This document shows positions 26,101-39,058 of a DNA stretch of 64,000 nt, in pieces (within the stretch, counting starts at the first letter, position 1; each line of letters begins with the position of its first letter). Source of the DNA: Oculina patagonica (lineage: Eukaryota). The stretch spans positions 7,068,001-7,132,000 of the forward strand of contig NC_135758.1 of the NCBI RefSeq assembly GCF_052425735.1, given 5' to 3'. The notes under the pieces were generated by a model. The model was not told the DNA's origin. It saw only the letters and a list, made by a program, of their open reading frames with translations, and ran no database searches. The translations under genes were made by a program, and so were the position numbers.

Positions 26101-29100
26101 AGTCACGTAAGTTCTCGGACATCATGTCCGAAAATATTGTAAAATTGGCCGGACATTTTGGCATATTTGATCGGACAATGTCCGATGACCGACAGTAATT
26201 TCCAGCACTGAGAGTTAATTTCTAAATGCCCATATAGATTTAAACTGTTGTTATTTTTACTAGATGTAGCGCAGTTGTGTCAGTGTATTTAAGTATATCG
26301 TTAAAAGGGCCTTGTCAAGGATTTCAACAGATTTTTGAGCTGCCAAAATTTATATTCGTGTCATAGGGAAACAAAAAATAATGGTCCATTTTTATTAACA
26401 ATTGCTATATTAGAGCACTGAAACTGTTAACAAGCGTCTTTGGCTGCGGATGGCTCGGACAGAAATGGATTGCAACTTGAACTAAGATTTTCGTGTTGTT
26501 TCCGCGCGTCTTCAAAACATCAATATTTATAGCCGAAGTTTGATTTTCATCCGCAAATTAAGATTATATCTTTCTTTAGATGTTCAAAGACAATGTTTTT
26601 CGTGGGTTAAGCTGCCTTCCACTAATTTCAGAACAGTTTACACTAAAAATGTGCGAAATCCAGTGACGTAAAACCTTTTATCCCAATGCCTATTTCTTTT
26701 CAAGATCTTTTGTAGGTGGAAGGGTTTTAATACGAAGACAGGCTTATTATAAATATTCGGAGTTTGGGGCGGGGTGGGGGGGGGGGGGGGTTATTTTTAT
26801 ACACAGAAAACCGAATCAAACAAGAGCCTCGTATTTTCAGGTTTTTGTTAATATACTTAATTATTAGTATCTGCCATTTGTCAAGTAAAATCAAACCATG
26901 ATTTTTGGGTTTATTTAATTTTAAAGTGGTTTAAGGTTGAAACCAGACATGATATTTAGTATTCTTGTATTTTCAGGGAGTTGAAAACATATACACTCAA
27001 CACACGCCACTTTTGTCCGAAACACTGGACAGCCTGGCCAAAGGAAAATTAAGAGATACCCATTTTCCATACATCGGTTCGACAGTGCTTCGCGACAGGT
27101 AACTTAAAACAGCGTTTAACCCTCGCAGCCCTAAGAGTGTTCTGCCTTAACTTTTTCCTAATCACAACAGTGCACATTTTTGAATACATCTTGTGAGAAT
27201 TTAGGAGGTGATCGACACATCTATTGTCTTTATACATGTATGTTAGTAAATTATTTCAACTAGTCACAGCAAAAGCATGGAAATCGGACGGGAGAATTTA
27301 TTTGAGATAGTGGGACTCGATTAGCTCAGTAGACAGTTGGAGTGTTTTTGCGTCAGTGCTTTCGGAAGATATCATATGTTTGCTTACATGAGTCTTGAAC
27401 GGTGCCGCAGTAAATTTTCTAGCGCGAAATTTGAACCAACAGAGCAATTTGCTTTGCAGAGCTTTATAATGATTTAGGAAACCCGTTTAACGCCCTCCAG
27501 CCAATCAAAGAGAAGACGACGACGCCTTAGCCAATGAAATGCAGAACCCAATCTAAGGGTGGTATGGATCGCGACCACTATCGGATTCATGTAGTACTGC
27601 ACTTCACGGAAGCCATCACGATAGGCTTGGTTTGTAAAGTTTGGACCAGCAAATAACACTTAAATTCGCTTCAGTTGTATATATAGTAGGAGTTTAAAGT
27701 ATCATTGGCATGCCGTTAGGGTAAAATTTACGCTGATTCCTTTAACGTTTTGTATTTAATGTGTTTTCATTTGAAGGCCTCAAGAAATTATTGTGTTTAT
27801 GGTTGGAGGCGCAACGTACGAAGAAGCGTATGCGGTTTACAACTTAAACAAGAGCCTGCCCGGAGTGAAAATTGTTCTTGGCGGCACTACAATTCATAAC
27901 TGCAAGAGGTAAGCGTTGGCTTGCTTTTATCCATTTTTTTTTATTAAACAACACTTGACAAATGTGTTTGTGTTTGTGTTTGATTTCTTTTGTCGTGGAT
28001 AGTTGTTATTTACAAGTGCAGTGTAACTTGCCAGGCTTACTGGACGTTAGAAACTTTCCCGCCATTTTGCAGCGCGCGGGGGGAGATTAACTGTGATTGG
28101 ACAATTTAAAAGAAAAGTCGCACGCAGATTGGTTACATTTTGTACTGTGTTTTGAGTGGGAAAGGTTTTCTGGTTTTTTTTTAGACGGTTTTGTGACCAT
28201 ATCGAAAGTTCTGATTAATTCATTTACAGCTCCATGTAAAGAAATCTACAACTAAAACTGGCATATTTCTAGAAACCTCAAAGCTATTTATCTATAAATG
28301 GATTCTAACTTTAATAGGTTAGTAAGTTCGCGTCTAAAACAAATTACACAACGTATTTTTAAAAAAGCTTAAATTTTATCCTTTTCAACGGGGTTTTTAG
28401 TATAACTTGCTTTGTCAAACGTAAAACTAAAGTGAACAGACGCGTCCTTTTTTCTCCGTGTTGAGCAAAGCAAAGTTTATAATTTCATTTATAAAGAAGC
28501 CAATTATGGAAAAAAATTCTAATTGCCCTCAATCTGTTTTTCTGAAAATGTATACACAAGAGTGTTTGCGAGCTTTTTTTTCTTAAGATAAGGGTTATAG
28601 TTTTTTTTCTCTTTTTTGGCACAAGGTTAGAGTTAGAAACACTTGTGAACTCTTAACAGCTGCCGAAACACTCGTGTATGGCTTTTGTGTTTGCAAAGCA
28701 ACGAGCATTTCTCGTTTCTCCCGAAAATGTGTTCTCCTTCTTTTTTTGTCCCTTGTTTGTTTGGACTTTGAACTAGTTATGGTAATCTTCCATATTTTTT
28801 TTCTTAAAGGACAGACCTACTAAACCACAAATTGTATTATGCGATGTGCAGAGTACATATTTGATCAGTTGTTTCAGAGCTTACTTGCCTGTTCATACAT
28901 AAATCACCAAACCTGAATGCTTTTGAACATAAAGAAAAATATAATTTTTAAACAAAGATCTCTTTCACGTGCAGAACAAGACGGCAACATTTTCAAAAGA
29001 ACACAAAATATTAATATCAATTCAAATTTGCCTAAGCCTTCATATTTAGTTCGTTAAATAAAAAGGAAATGAAAAAATTAGAAAGGCGGGGTTCCTTCAG

Positions 29101-32100
29101 TTAAATGTTTGGAATATATCAGGCTGGGTTTACTGAAACTTTTCGGAAAAGAAATCTTCGAAACGGATACCTTCACTCAAATGTTCTATAAAAAAATAAT
29201 AATGAAAAAAATCCAAAAATTCGGAGCAGGTCTTAGTGGACACGGTACTTCCATAATCACCGAGAAATGAGTACTTTTGCATATGAATACTGTAATATTT
29301 GTTTGAAATGGCGCCAGATATGTGGATCGTAATGAGTGCTTCCTTTTCTTTAAAAGGTAACGTCGCTCAGTTGTTCACGTAGAGTTGATAGTTTTTGATA
29401 ACTCATTCATGCGCGCACGTGCAATCATGGGACCTTAAACTGGGTTTGGTTTGAAATAGAAAGGCGAACTTGTAATGGCTTCTCGTTCAATCCCTCGTTT
29501 TCATACATTCTTCCTTGCTTACTTTAATTTATAAAAAGCCTGATATGAAGTTAGTGATGGAAATCAGAGAGGCTAACCTTGAAAAGTTGACCGTTGTACC
29601 AAAATTTTCCTCGTCTTTTTTCACTCCGACTCTCTTCATAAAATACTCGCAATGTACTAAGACAACAAAAAACAGACTGTAAATATATAGGTGACATTAG
29701 TGACGTATTTACCGCGCACATCAAAGTATTCTTTTTTGTTATCGGACCCGTCATATGCCGGAAAGCGATGGCACAACTGTCATGTGTCGTAGATTTTAAA
29801 TTGTGTTTAAATCAATAGAATCTAAAAGGACTTCCATGCTCCTTCCGCTCTCTAGCTGTGTAACAATTTTTCACTTGCGTTCGGATCTCATAAACGAAAT
29901 TGCTTTTCCTCAGACACTTAGATGCATTTAGTTTTAGAAGTGCTGAATTTGAATAAGAAAGAATAGCGAGTCACGTTTTGTGAGTGTGACTCGTGTGTTA
30001 TTTCATGTTCTAGTAAATATATTTTTTCTTGATAGAGCATTTTCTAAATATGTAGATGGTGTATCTTCGTTCCTCATTCAGCCAAAAAAAAGGAAAGAAA
30101 AACGTAATCTGAAAGGAATGCCTCTCCTCTCATTTATTTTTCAATCTAAATTGTCGTAAGGCGATTCAATTCTACCTTCATTTGAAGAAACCATTAGGAG
30201 TTAAAAGTGGTATTGCCATTTTTGTTTAAAAAGTCTGCACGGCGAAAGATAAAGAGAACAGCCAGCTATCTTTCAAGCTAAATTGTTGCTGCGGAGACGA
30301 TTATTTCTCTACTTACACCTGTGGAAGCTTTTATGAATTGAAATTGTGTATCGCGACGCCTCAAAACTCGAATTCCTCATACTGACTACAGTATATTTCT
30401 TCTAATATCTCCTAGTTGATGAATTTCTATATTCTCATCATATATCTGCTTAGGAATATATTGCTTTTGTAATGAGAATAGAGACATTGATGTTGGTGTC
30501 TTCTTGGTTAGCCTGCGCGCAGACGTTGCCATGTTTTTCATTTGTTTTGAGAGTTAATCTTGTAAATAAAGAGGAAATGTCAAAGTAATTTAGGTTTTAA
30601 TTTGTGCCTTCCGCTAAAGCTTTGTAAGCAACGCTTTGTGCTTGTGTTTATACCACATAAATGGAGTTAATCTTCATTTTATACTTGGAAAACATGCGAT
30701 TTTAAACGTGTTGAATTTGAATAAAAAACCGAGTCACAGATTTGTAAAGTGTGGTTCGTGTTCACTTGCATGTATCACATATCTTCGTTCGTTCGAGAAA
30801 GTAAAGAGTAAAAACCAGGGTTGTTTTACGATATGACAATCAAAATATCTTTTTCCTCATTTAGCAAAAACGCTAGTGTGTAGAAAAATTAGTGAAAATG
30901 GATAAAAAAATGTTTCCCTTTAGTGGAGAAAGAAGTCTCACGGTTCTGGAAACCTTTTTGTTACTTCAATACAGTTTTCCCCAGTTGATGTTTTTCTATT
31001 TTCTCCTTACCTATGTCTGTGACAATATGTTAATATTTTTTTAGAGAACTTACGATTTGATAATTTTGAAAAATTATTAAAATGGTCAATTCTAGTTTTG
31101 TCCTTTATTTTTCTCTTCAAAGTACTCTTGCGCAGTGTTTTTCATTTGTTTTGGTAATTAACATGTAAATTTGAGGATTTATCATGTCAACAAAAAGGCC
31201 AAATGTCAAAAGAAGTTAGGACTTGATTTAGATTGTGCAAATGTTGCGAGAGAGCAATTATAAGCCTAATTAGAAAATGGATTCATTATGAGTTGTGTGT
31301 GTTTTAGACGCCGGATGAATAGAAGGGTCAAACTGTTCAATGTAAATATAAAGCGCATTTAGGAAATTGCATGAAACTTAAAATGAGGTCACGAAGGTGA
31401 TATTTTTGCTTTTTGTTGATTTTTTCTAGCCTTTCTTTTTGTTCGACGTTCACCTTGGCAGCGTGCACAATGGAACAAAACCAAATAAAAATACTCAGAA
31501 TGTAAACATATCTAAAATTAACGCAAATTTCCAACAGAAATTTGACTTTTTTTTGTTCAAAAGAAATCATAATTCCTTGTGTCACGTGAAATTTATCACG
31601 TGATGTTGACAAATATGGAAAGCCTTTTCACTTAAAGGGACTGTGTCACGGCTGAGTTAAGTTTATTTCATAAAGTTTCGACAAATACTCGGAATGAAAC
31701 TTAATGTTTGCAAAAAAATTGCTTTTTTGGATCTATAAATGACAAAATCATAGCTTTATTGCAACCAAATATGTTTTCCGCGCGTTATAATTTCAAGTTA
31801 CAAACAAACGAGATTAACTTTGAAAACTGTTCAGCCCAACAACATTAAAAACCCATATCGCAGTCCGTTTCAATTCTCGTCACTTTTGGCCATCCGTACC
31901 TTCTTTTGTATTTATTGTATCACTGAAATGTCCCTTCATTATTTGAAGAGGTTTTTTTTTATAGTGTGCCGAATTTGATTGTCATTTCCCATGCCTCAAT
32001 TTGGCTAAAACCGTGACACAGTCCCTTTAATTGACATTTAAAAAACGCAACATGTGCCTTTTCTAGCACTTTTATAACATTCTTGAAACTTACTGCTTGC

Positions 32101-32275
32101 TGATAAAACTGATAACTGATGATAATTTGATAAAGTCTAACAAATTTCCTTTTTATTCTTTCGCAGTTTCTTAGACGAAGTTATTCATTCCACTGGCCAA
32201 GGGGCGGCATCTAGAGCCCGGGCTTCCTCGGGCGGAGCACATTACAGATCGTCTTACACGTCATCGTTTTTCTGA
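17113..32275 (+). CDS. VPS45: Vacuolar protein sorting 45 (Sec1/Munc18 family), 3' half, six coding exons
   Basis: Exons 17113-17280 ([20 protein letters not shown]...QNDHSSALQ), 18419-18577, 25838-25948 ([10 protein letters not shown]...FFKGLK), 26977-27098 (GVENIYTQH...), 27777-27908 and 32167-32275 (stop TGA). All are GT-AG with phases 0,0,0,2,2. The translation closely resembles the vertebrate VPS45 C-terminal half. The 5' exons are not in this contig. Confidence 0.95.
17420..17560. repeat. Short tandem repeat of the (C)GCGGGAAAAC motif, about 30-bp period
   Basis: Five cgggaaaac cores in an intron of VPS45. Confidence 0.7.
17569..17791. mobile_element. PIF/Harbinger-like MITE with a duplicated left end
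   Basis: TAA-TGGTGGATTTCCACTGACG...CGTAAGTGGAAATCTAGCA-TAA, with a second left end at about 17627. Confidence 0.6.
18226..18373. mobile_element. Short Kolobok-type element
   Basis: TTAA-AGGGACT...AGTCCCT-TTAA. Confidence 0.55.
18748..19334. mobile_element. MITE with CTG TSD (PIF/Harbinger-like)
   Basis: CTG-GGCCCAGTTGTTCAAAGGGTGGATA...TATCCACCCTTTGAACAGCTGGGGC-CTG. Confidence 0.7.
18854..19309. mobile_element. Tc1/mariner (pogo-like) MITE nested in the previous element
   Basis: TA-flanked. TIR TATTTACTCGAATAAGCGCCGC, with multiple subterminal GGCGCTTATT repeats. Confidence 0.75.
20586..20830 (+). mobile_element. Diverged tRNA-derived SINE (CORE-like centre, L2-type tail)
   Basis: A- and B-box-like head (tagcgtaatagtt, gggttcaagctc), gtgttgtgtttttgtgcaagacactt core and tgcgatggactagcatccc...atgctacggaaacc tail. 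Confidence 0.65.
21653..22042. mobile_element. Kolobok-type element, same family as 5155-5545, abutting a GPCR stop codon
   Basis: TTAA-AGGGACTGTGTTACGG...CCATGACACAGCCCCT-TTAG. Internally collinear with 5155-5545. Confidence 0.75.
22043..23008 (-). CDS. Class A GPCR with an intronless CDS, 321 aa, nested antisense in a VPS45 intron
   Basis: Seven hydrophobic segments, LAFSDLL, SIDRY, a basic third intracellular loop and TM7 NPLLC. It lies within intron 18578-25837. Confidence 0.9.
   Translation of the reverse strand: MDNNNDSNATDDEFDMEEPFTSDQTGAFVLYGLLSFFIVIANSLVLLLIWRRRRLRTTSNTMLASLAFSDLLTGLLAVPMVIACSATLQLEVCIAMDISNRFLAFSSVGHLILLSIDRYIRVTKLLQYPSIVTEERIKWALAFAWGFALLASTIQLIWILAVLDDETLIRIELGYDFFHMAALVILPLIFMGAIYTKLFIHLRRQSNEIHSELSRRSRSASRVNAGRRKVNEKKIASLFIAMIAVFIFGLFFYFLWAIMDDLEMAGLHSISPKAMNAIVTSIIFFRFLTALCNPLLCTFMKQDFLDALKSFTTGLRGSQRV
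25519..25800 (+). mobile_element. tRNA-derived SINE with a V-SINE-like core, near full length
   Basis: A box tggcgcagtgg, B box ggttcgattcc, core gggtttttctccgggttctccggtcttcctccc and an (ATTT)n tail. Confidence 0.85.
25967..26210. mobile_element. hAT-like MITE with a 6-bp TSD
   Basis: AGAGTT-CAGTGCTGGAAAT...ATTTCCAGCACTG-AGAGTT: 13-bp perfect TIR, with internal CGGACA repeats. Confidence 0.75.
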
Positions 32276-35200
32276 GCTACATCGATAGTAATTTACAAGG
32301 CTATTATTAGGAATTTTCTGCTTAGGAAATCAACCACGACTGCAACCAGAACGACGCCGCACAGTAGGTTTATCGAGCAGTAGAATGATAGCCGTCCTCT
32401 ACAACCAAATTCTGTTTAATTTATGTTGAGCACAAAGGTACGGCCGGCAAAATTGTTGCGCTTTCTTGAGTGGCTCTAGAAGTTCTTAAGTAAAAAATAA
32501 ATTCATCTCGTTTTGTTTTTCACGTCCTTGGCGTCGCTGTTGTGGTTGCTTTTATAACTCCCACCATCTCTAAAGTTAAGTACAAAGCGTACACAACGAA
32601 ATAGATCCATATGAAGAAATTCTTAATGTTTTCAGTAAGATTAAAATTTTGAACAATAATCCAATAAATAGTTTAAAGTTGTTCTTTCATGCTGGTATTT
32701 GTTAGGAGAGAGAATGGATTCCATGCAGTTGAAACTGATCGTTACCACATTCTTACAATCCAGCTTTCGAAAAAATGTGGCGGTTGTACATTTCACCACA
32801 AAACCTTGCGAACCTAACACAGCCAATAGAGCACAAAAAAAAAAAAACATTTCTGCGAACTTCGTCCATGTACTAACAACATTCTTCGTGCAGGGTTTGA
32901 AGTTTTTAGTTTCTGTGCGTTTTTACGAGCGTTTTTAGCTTTTTGCGCGCTAGGAACTATAAGTAAATGTACGTTTTCGCGTTGGACCGCTGTAGCAATT
33001 AGCATTCAGTTAGTTTCCCGTACATTGAACTTTTTGCGGACGCTTTTGTCTCCTGACTGGAATAGTGACGCGCAGAAAAATTAAAAGTTGTCGAATAAGA
33101 GCACCTTGAACACCTGAAATGAAAACACATATGCACAGTAAAACAAAGAAAGAAACTTAGCTCCAAGCCGAAAGTGTTAATTTCTACTTACTGCTTATAA
33201 GCATACATTTCTTTTAATGTTAAGTAAAAAAAAGTTAGCGATGCAGCAATTTTAGACATCATGCGTCTCTAATTGAGGATGTCTTAGTTGCGCCAAATGT
33301 CTGGACGAAAATGTGTTGATGTTGTATAAAAATAAACTTCAGTACTTTATACATTATGTAACTTTGAGATTAAAGATTGAAATACCATCACAAGTGTGCT
33401 TTTGTTCAATGCCATACACTGATAACTTTTACGCCGGTTATCGGAGAAGTGATATATATAATGGAACAGAATAAAATGGCTTGCACGAGACACGCGAGAG
33501 CGATGTCTTTTCGATGCCAAACATTTTCGTCTCCAGATGGATGCCAAAACTCCCACACTTATGACGTAATAACCCCCGACTGCTGTCTGATCGCTTGTTT
33601 ATTTTGAGCGAAAATTCTAAGCTAAGCAACAACAACTAATACCTCGAGAGGGGGTACAATTAAACGTCCATCTCGTAAAATAATTTCTTGTCCGTCGATT
33701 CTTGTACTTGTTAATTAATTAGTTTTGAGCGCTTTCGGGCCACTGGTTTATCGTTCACAAAAAAAAACTCATTGCCCACGCTTTATTGCAATAGAAAGCG
33801 AAATATTTCTTGAAATCGCCAAATTAAAAAGTCTTGGCGAGACCATATGCCCTTCCCACGGTTTAATTGTTTTCCATGCTACTGTGATAATTACGATCAT
33901 TTTCAGTACTTTTTATTAGAATTTTTAAAAATCCAAAAGTTTGGTAATACTGCCTTCGAGTGAAAAGATGTAAAAATAAAAGAAAAAAAAGTAAACGTGA
34001 ATCACGCTTTATTGGCTTTGGTCGTATTTTGATTGGCTCTATGTGAAATGACAGCCAATAGCATTCGATAATTCATTTTAGCCCTCTCAATTATCCGGCT
34101 TTCAAGCAGTCCAAACCTTAGAAAAAACATATTACCTTCTAGTGGAAAAAGAGCTATACCGATGCAATGAGGAAGAGTACGCTATCTAAGGCGGGAATTC
34201 ACCTGAAGGCCGTTTTTCTCCATGGGTTTAACATGGGTTTAACGGAAATATCTCGTTCGTGTCCAAGGAATCTAAAAACCCTTCACTCATATCTTTTGCG
34301 GTGTTTGTAACTTTTTGGGGTAATGTTGGGGGATGTTTTGTAGGAGATAGTTTTTCTTAAAGAATTAGTACAATTTAGAGAAATAAGAAATATTGGAGAT
34401 TTAATGTGATTTTAAAATTAGAATTTGAAGTTAAAAATTAGTAGACGGACACCAGACAGTCTCCTGACAACCTGGAGTGCTCTTGCGTGAGGTCCAACTG
34501 TCTGGTGGTGTTTCAATTTTTTTTTTATTCAATCCCTTTTTGAACCTTAAAAAATTTCATTCAAACTCAGGTAGAACCCCACCTTATATATATTTGTCAC
34601 ATAAACATTGGACAATTTTCCTCGTCACACGAGCAAAAAAGAGAAAATTGTCACCAAAAAATTACTCGTGTAAACTGGCCTTTTAATTGGCCGGCTGTAA
34701 AGTGAAATGTTGATGGTCTAACGTTGGAGATGTCAACTGTGAGGGCGGACATGTATGAAGTAGCTCAAGGCTCAAACATTTTCCCCAGTCAATATTTTGT
34801 GAGCAAATTAAAGTTTGTGAGATAAGATGACAATTGTTTGAACGATGTGAGACAGCAGAGGTCGGCATCAGTTTTTCATTTTTAAAAGTACTAAAAATAG
34901 CTTACGACAAGAGATCATGGTCTGAGTCAAGAGTTTTTTCTTGTACAGAGCGAAAAACTAGATTATGCTGAATAGTTTGTGCAGCAAAGGGAAAGAGAAA
35001 AACAAATTTGCGAATTAAATTAATGGCACCACTCACAGTTATCTACACAAGATCGAAAACGGGAAAATTTGTTGTTTGGTAAATATAACGCATCAGGTTT
35101 TTACGAACAGCCTTTTTTCATCTGGCAGGAAAAAGCAAAATAGTGAAAACTGAATTTATAATACTTAACTGATCTAGTCAAGTTAGATGGGCAATACTTA

Positions 35201-38200
35201 TTCAAAGCCATCGATAACAAAATCCACCTGACCATTTAACTATAGTTTAAATTAAGCTTACCACGGCTCAAAAGAATGGCTGAATAACTAACGAAGACTG
35301 GATATCGGCTCGCAAATAAAATGCACAAAAGCACCGACAAAAGAAAATTAAATGAGAAGGAAACGACATTTTAAAGTATATAACCTACCTCAGCCAGGAG
35401 AATAGTAAATATTTTATGATTAGATATACGGACACAAACGAGTAGCACCGAGGCGAAAGCGACGGCTTGAGAAATGAACCAGGCCCGGACCAAATCTAAT
35501 TTTATGTAGGCAGGGTTGCTTGGTAACACTGATAACGTCAGCCGAGTCGAACCGACGTGACTTTTCTAATGACATGAAAGGCTGTTTCGCAATATGGCCA
35601 AGCAGTAAAAGGCTTAGGATAAGCGAAATCAAAACTATCAACTGCAACAACAGATAAACAACAAGCTGAGAAAATTGTCGCAAGGCAGAGGCCAGAGTTA
35701 ATTTATTCTTAAAGGTCACTAGATCGTAGCGTGTTTGAGAGTGTTCGAGAGTCGAAAATCAGTTACAGAACAGCTCTCAGTTTTAAAGGAGAACACTAAT
35801 TTAAAGTTTATTACTTTTCACAAGTTTTGCTATCCATATGCGGAAGATATGTGTTTCCAGATGCCGCAAGTACGAAGAACAAAATTTGTGCATTGTAAAT
35901 TTTAATATACAGTATTGTACATGTAAAGTAGTAGAGTGTCCCCAATTAGCTTCTGTTAGCTAAATACTCACCCAGACATTTCAATGAAGTTATTATAGAA
36001 TGTGAAATGAACCAGGTTTGTTTACTCGTGCAAATTTTTGCTAAAAGGAAAATATCGTAAGAACTGAAATTCAATTTAAAGAATTACTAGTTCGCTCCTG
36101 TCTGTGAGCTATAGTAACCCATTTCAAGTTCTGATGGAAGGAATTTTAGCTTTAAGTTGTAGAAATATATGAAACTTAGTAAAACGTAGTTCAATTGAGA
36201 ACAAAGAACCTTGAAGGTGTCAACCCTCGCGAGCGAATTTAGTTTTTTTTTAATGAGGCAAGCGAGTCTTTAGTTATCATTTAATATGCGCGCTCGGACT
36301 AAGAAGTGCGAACAAATCTGTAACACAATTAAATAGTTCGTCTCAGCAAAATTAGTTATCTCGCACTTTCGCAGCTGAAAACACCTCTAACAGAAAGCAA
36401 TAAGTTTTAAAATATAAAACAGATTTTAAGCTACCTATACAATGAATATATTTTCTTAAATGTTCGTGTTTCCTAAGTTATAAAATATAAGTTTACAACA
36501 GTGGTTAGCCAACAGTTGTAGCGCGAGTTCACACTCACAAATACAAAGCCATCGATAAACTTAAAAAAAAGAGAGATTATAGTTTTCCTCAGCTAAAAAA
36601 AAAAATGGCTGAATAACTAACGAAGACTGGATATCGGCTTTTAAATAAAATGCGCGAAGCACTGACAAAAGCAAAACTAAATGAAAAGCAAATGAAAATT
36701 AAAAGTATATAACCCACCTTAGCCAGGAGAATAGTAATATTTTATGTCGGTTTAGATAAACTGACACAAACGAGTAGCAACGAGGCGAAAGTGACGGCTT
36801 GAGAAATGAACCAGGACGCCCCTTTATTCTAGTTTTATGTAGGCAGGGTTGCTTGGCAACGCTCAAAACGTAAGCAGCGACGTCGAACCGACGTGACTCT
36901 TCTAATGACATCAAAGGCTGTTTCACAATATGGCCATGCAGAAAAAGGCGTGGGATAAGCAAAATAAAAACTATCAACTGCAACTTACAGCAGATAAACA
37001 AGAAGGTGACTGAAAATAGCGACCTGGGGCCATTTAAAAGGAATGGGAATAGTAAACACTCGAATTACAGGAAGTTTGCATGAGAAATAATTTCAAATAA
37101 GTTCTTTCTTGAAACGTTATAGAGAAAAATCGTACATGTTTCAAACGCACAATTCGCAACAATTTGTTATACATTCATGCAGTTACACATAACGGTAATT
37201 GCCGTTTGAGGAAGTACTGTTAAAAGCAACTTGTTCTAAGCCCTGTTTCCGGATGAATATAAAATAACTTGATAAAGGCCCTTTTTAGCATAAGTATAAT
37301 TTTAGGCCCTTTTAGTAGAAATTACTTAGTATATTGTTTTTAACGTAATATTCCAAGAAACATAATCGTACGTAGTGTTGTAATATCTTAAAAAATAACC
37401 TAAGTTCGTTAATGTACTGATGCAGTCGAAATTCTGTCAGTATAAAGATATTTCGTTACTTTCTTGAAAATTCAGGGTCTAATTTCAGGAACCTTAAAAG
37501 CGTCCGGTTTTAACTGATGAAACCTTTTAAACGTGATACCAAAAAGTTTTCTTTTTAACTTTCGTAGAATCAATTAACAAGGAAATGACTTCTGGTTGAT
37601 GGCAACTTACGGAAATATCGTAATAAACCACTCTGATCGACCTAAGTTATGAACCATGAGGCCGGTAAATACTTGCGAATATTCCTAAAAAAAATCATTT
37701 AACTGGTACGTCTCCGAGGATGAATGAATGAATGGATAACTTTATTTTTCGATGTACGGTATAACCGCTTTAGGTTACAGGATATTACAGTGATATTGTG
37801 CAACAGCCGGAAATTATGTTGCATAAATAGTAGTCAAGGTCACAATTAAAGTGCGAAAATAGACTAATAGAACATACACGTAAGAGTCCGAGAGCCTAGA
37901 GGCAGTTAGTACAGCCTAGAGAAAGCTAGAAAAAATTAGATAAAGCTAGAAAAATAAAAATAAAAAACTAGAAAAATAAGTCCGTAAAGAAGATGTTATT
38001 CGCGACATTTTCCCCGCCGTTTCTGAGTTTTCCTCGCCTCGGTAAGTGCCCTTACTTGGGTGTCCAAACCATTTCTCGGAGCAGAAGAGAGAGGCTGCTT
38101 TTAAAGTGTTTCTTCAAACGCGCCTTGTAACCTACTGTATCACGTTTCAAACTAGTTTGCATAACTTGCGTATAATGAAAAAAAAGGTGAACATGAAATA

Positions 38201-39058
38201 TCCTTGTTTACAGTTCATTTTCCTTGTTTTTAACTTCATGAAGATACAAGACCTATATAGGTCCGGTAAACTTACGTGCTATTTTTCTCGTAAAAAAGTT
38301 TTATGCAACACCCCCATTTCTTTTGTGTAAATGACACTTAAGTGCACACTTACGAAAATCGTTAGTGAAGTAACTTATGTGTACTGCGTAAGTGGACCAC
38401 TTAAATGATTTAATGCAACTCACTTAAGTTACGAGTACACCTACGTACACCCGTAAGTGTTACGGGTGTTTTATGCAACCGGGCCCTTGTTCCCCTACAG
38501 GTCGGTTCTCTTAACATCCTGAGAAACAAAAAATGATGTTCAAATCACATACAAAAATAATGAATTACGAACACTAGGCTTTACAGTTGAAGAAGTTGGC
38601 TGAATTAAAACGAGATACCGGCCAAAGTCTATTTGTCCATCGAAGCTCGATATAGCCTGCGAGCAGGCTCCCCTTGCGGCACGCGCGAATATACCTTGGG
38701 GCACTCGCAACTGGTGAGCGAAGCGGTACAGCGAGGGTGAGACTGGTGGAGAGGTGAGCCTGCACGCAGGCTAGGTTCTGGGACTCAGTCGTCATTCAAA
38801 TGTTCTACGAACAGAGTCACAATCAAGCCTGTTATTCGCAATCTTCAAAACCTCGTCGTGAATTCAGACTCTGTTGACCTTGTATCATCAAGGAAGATTA
38901 TGTTCGTTGAAAGCGGGATGGCGAAAGGTCCTGTCTTGCAATTCTGGACAACGCTTGGCAAATTCTACAGTGGCACTAGCATTTCACGATATCGATCTTG
39001 ATAAATTACGAATGAAGCGTACTGTTCCTTGACGCTCAGCTCAAACACCGTTTGGAAA

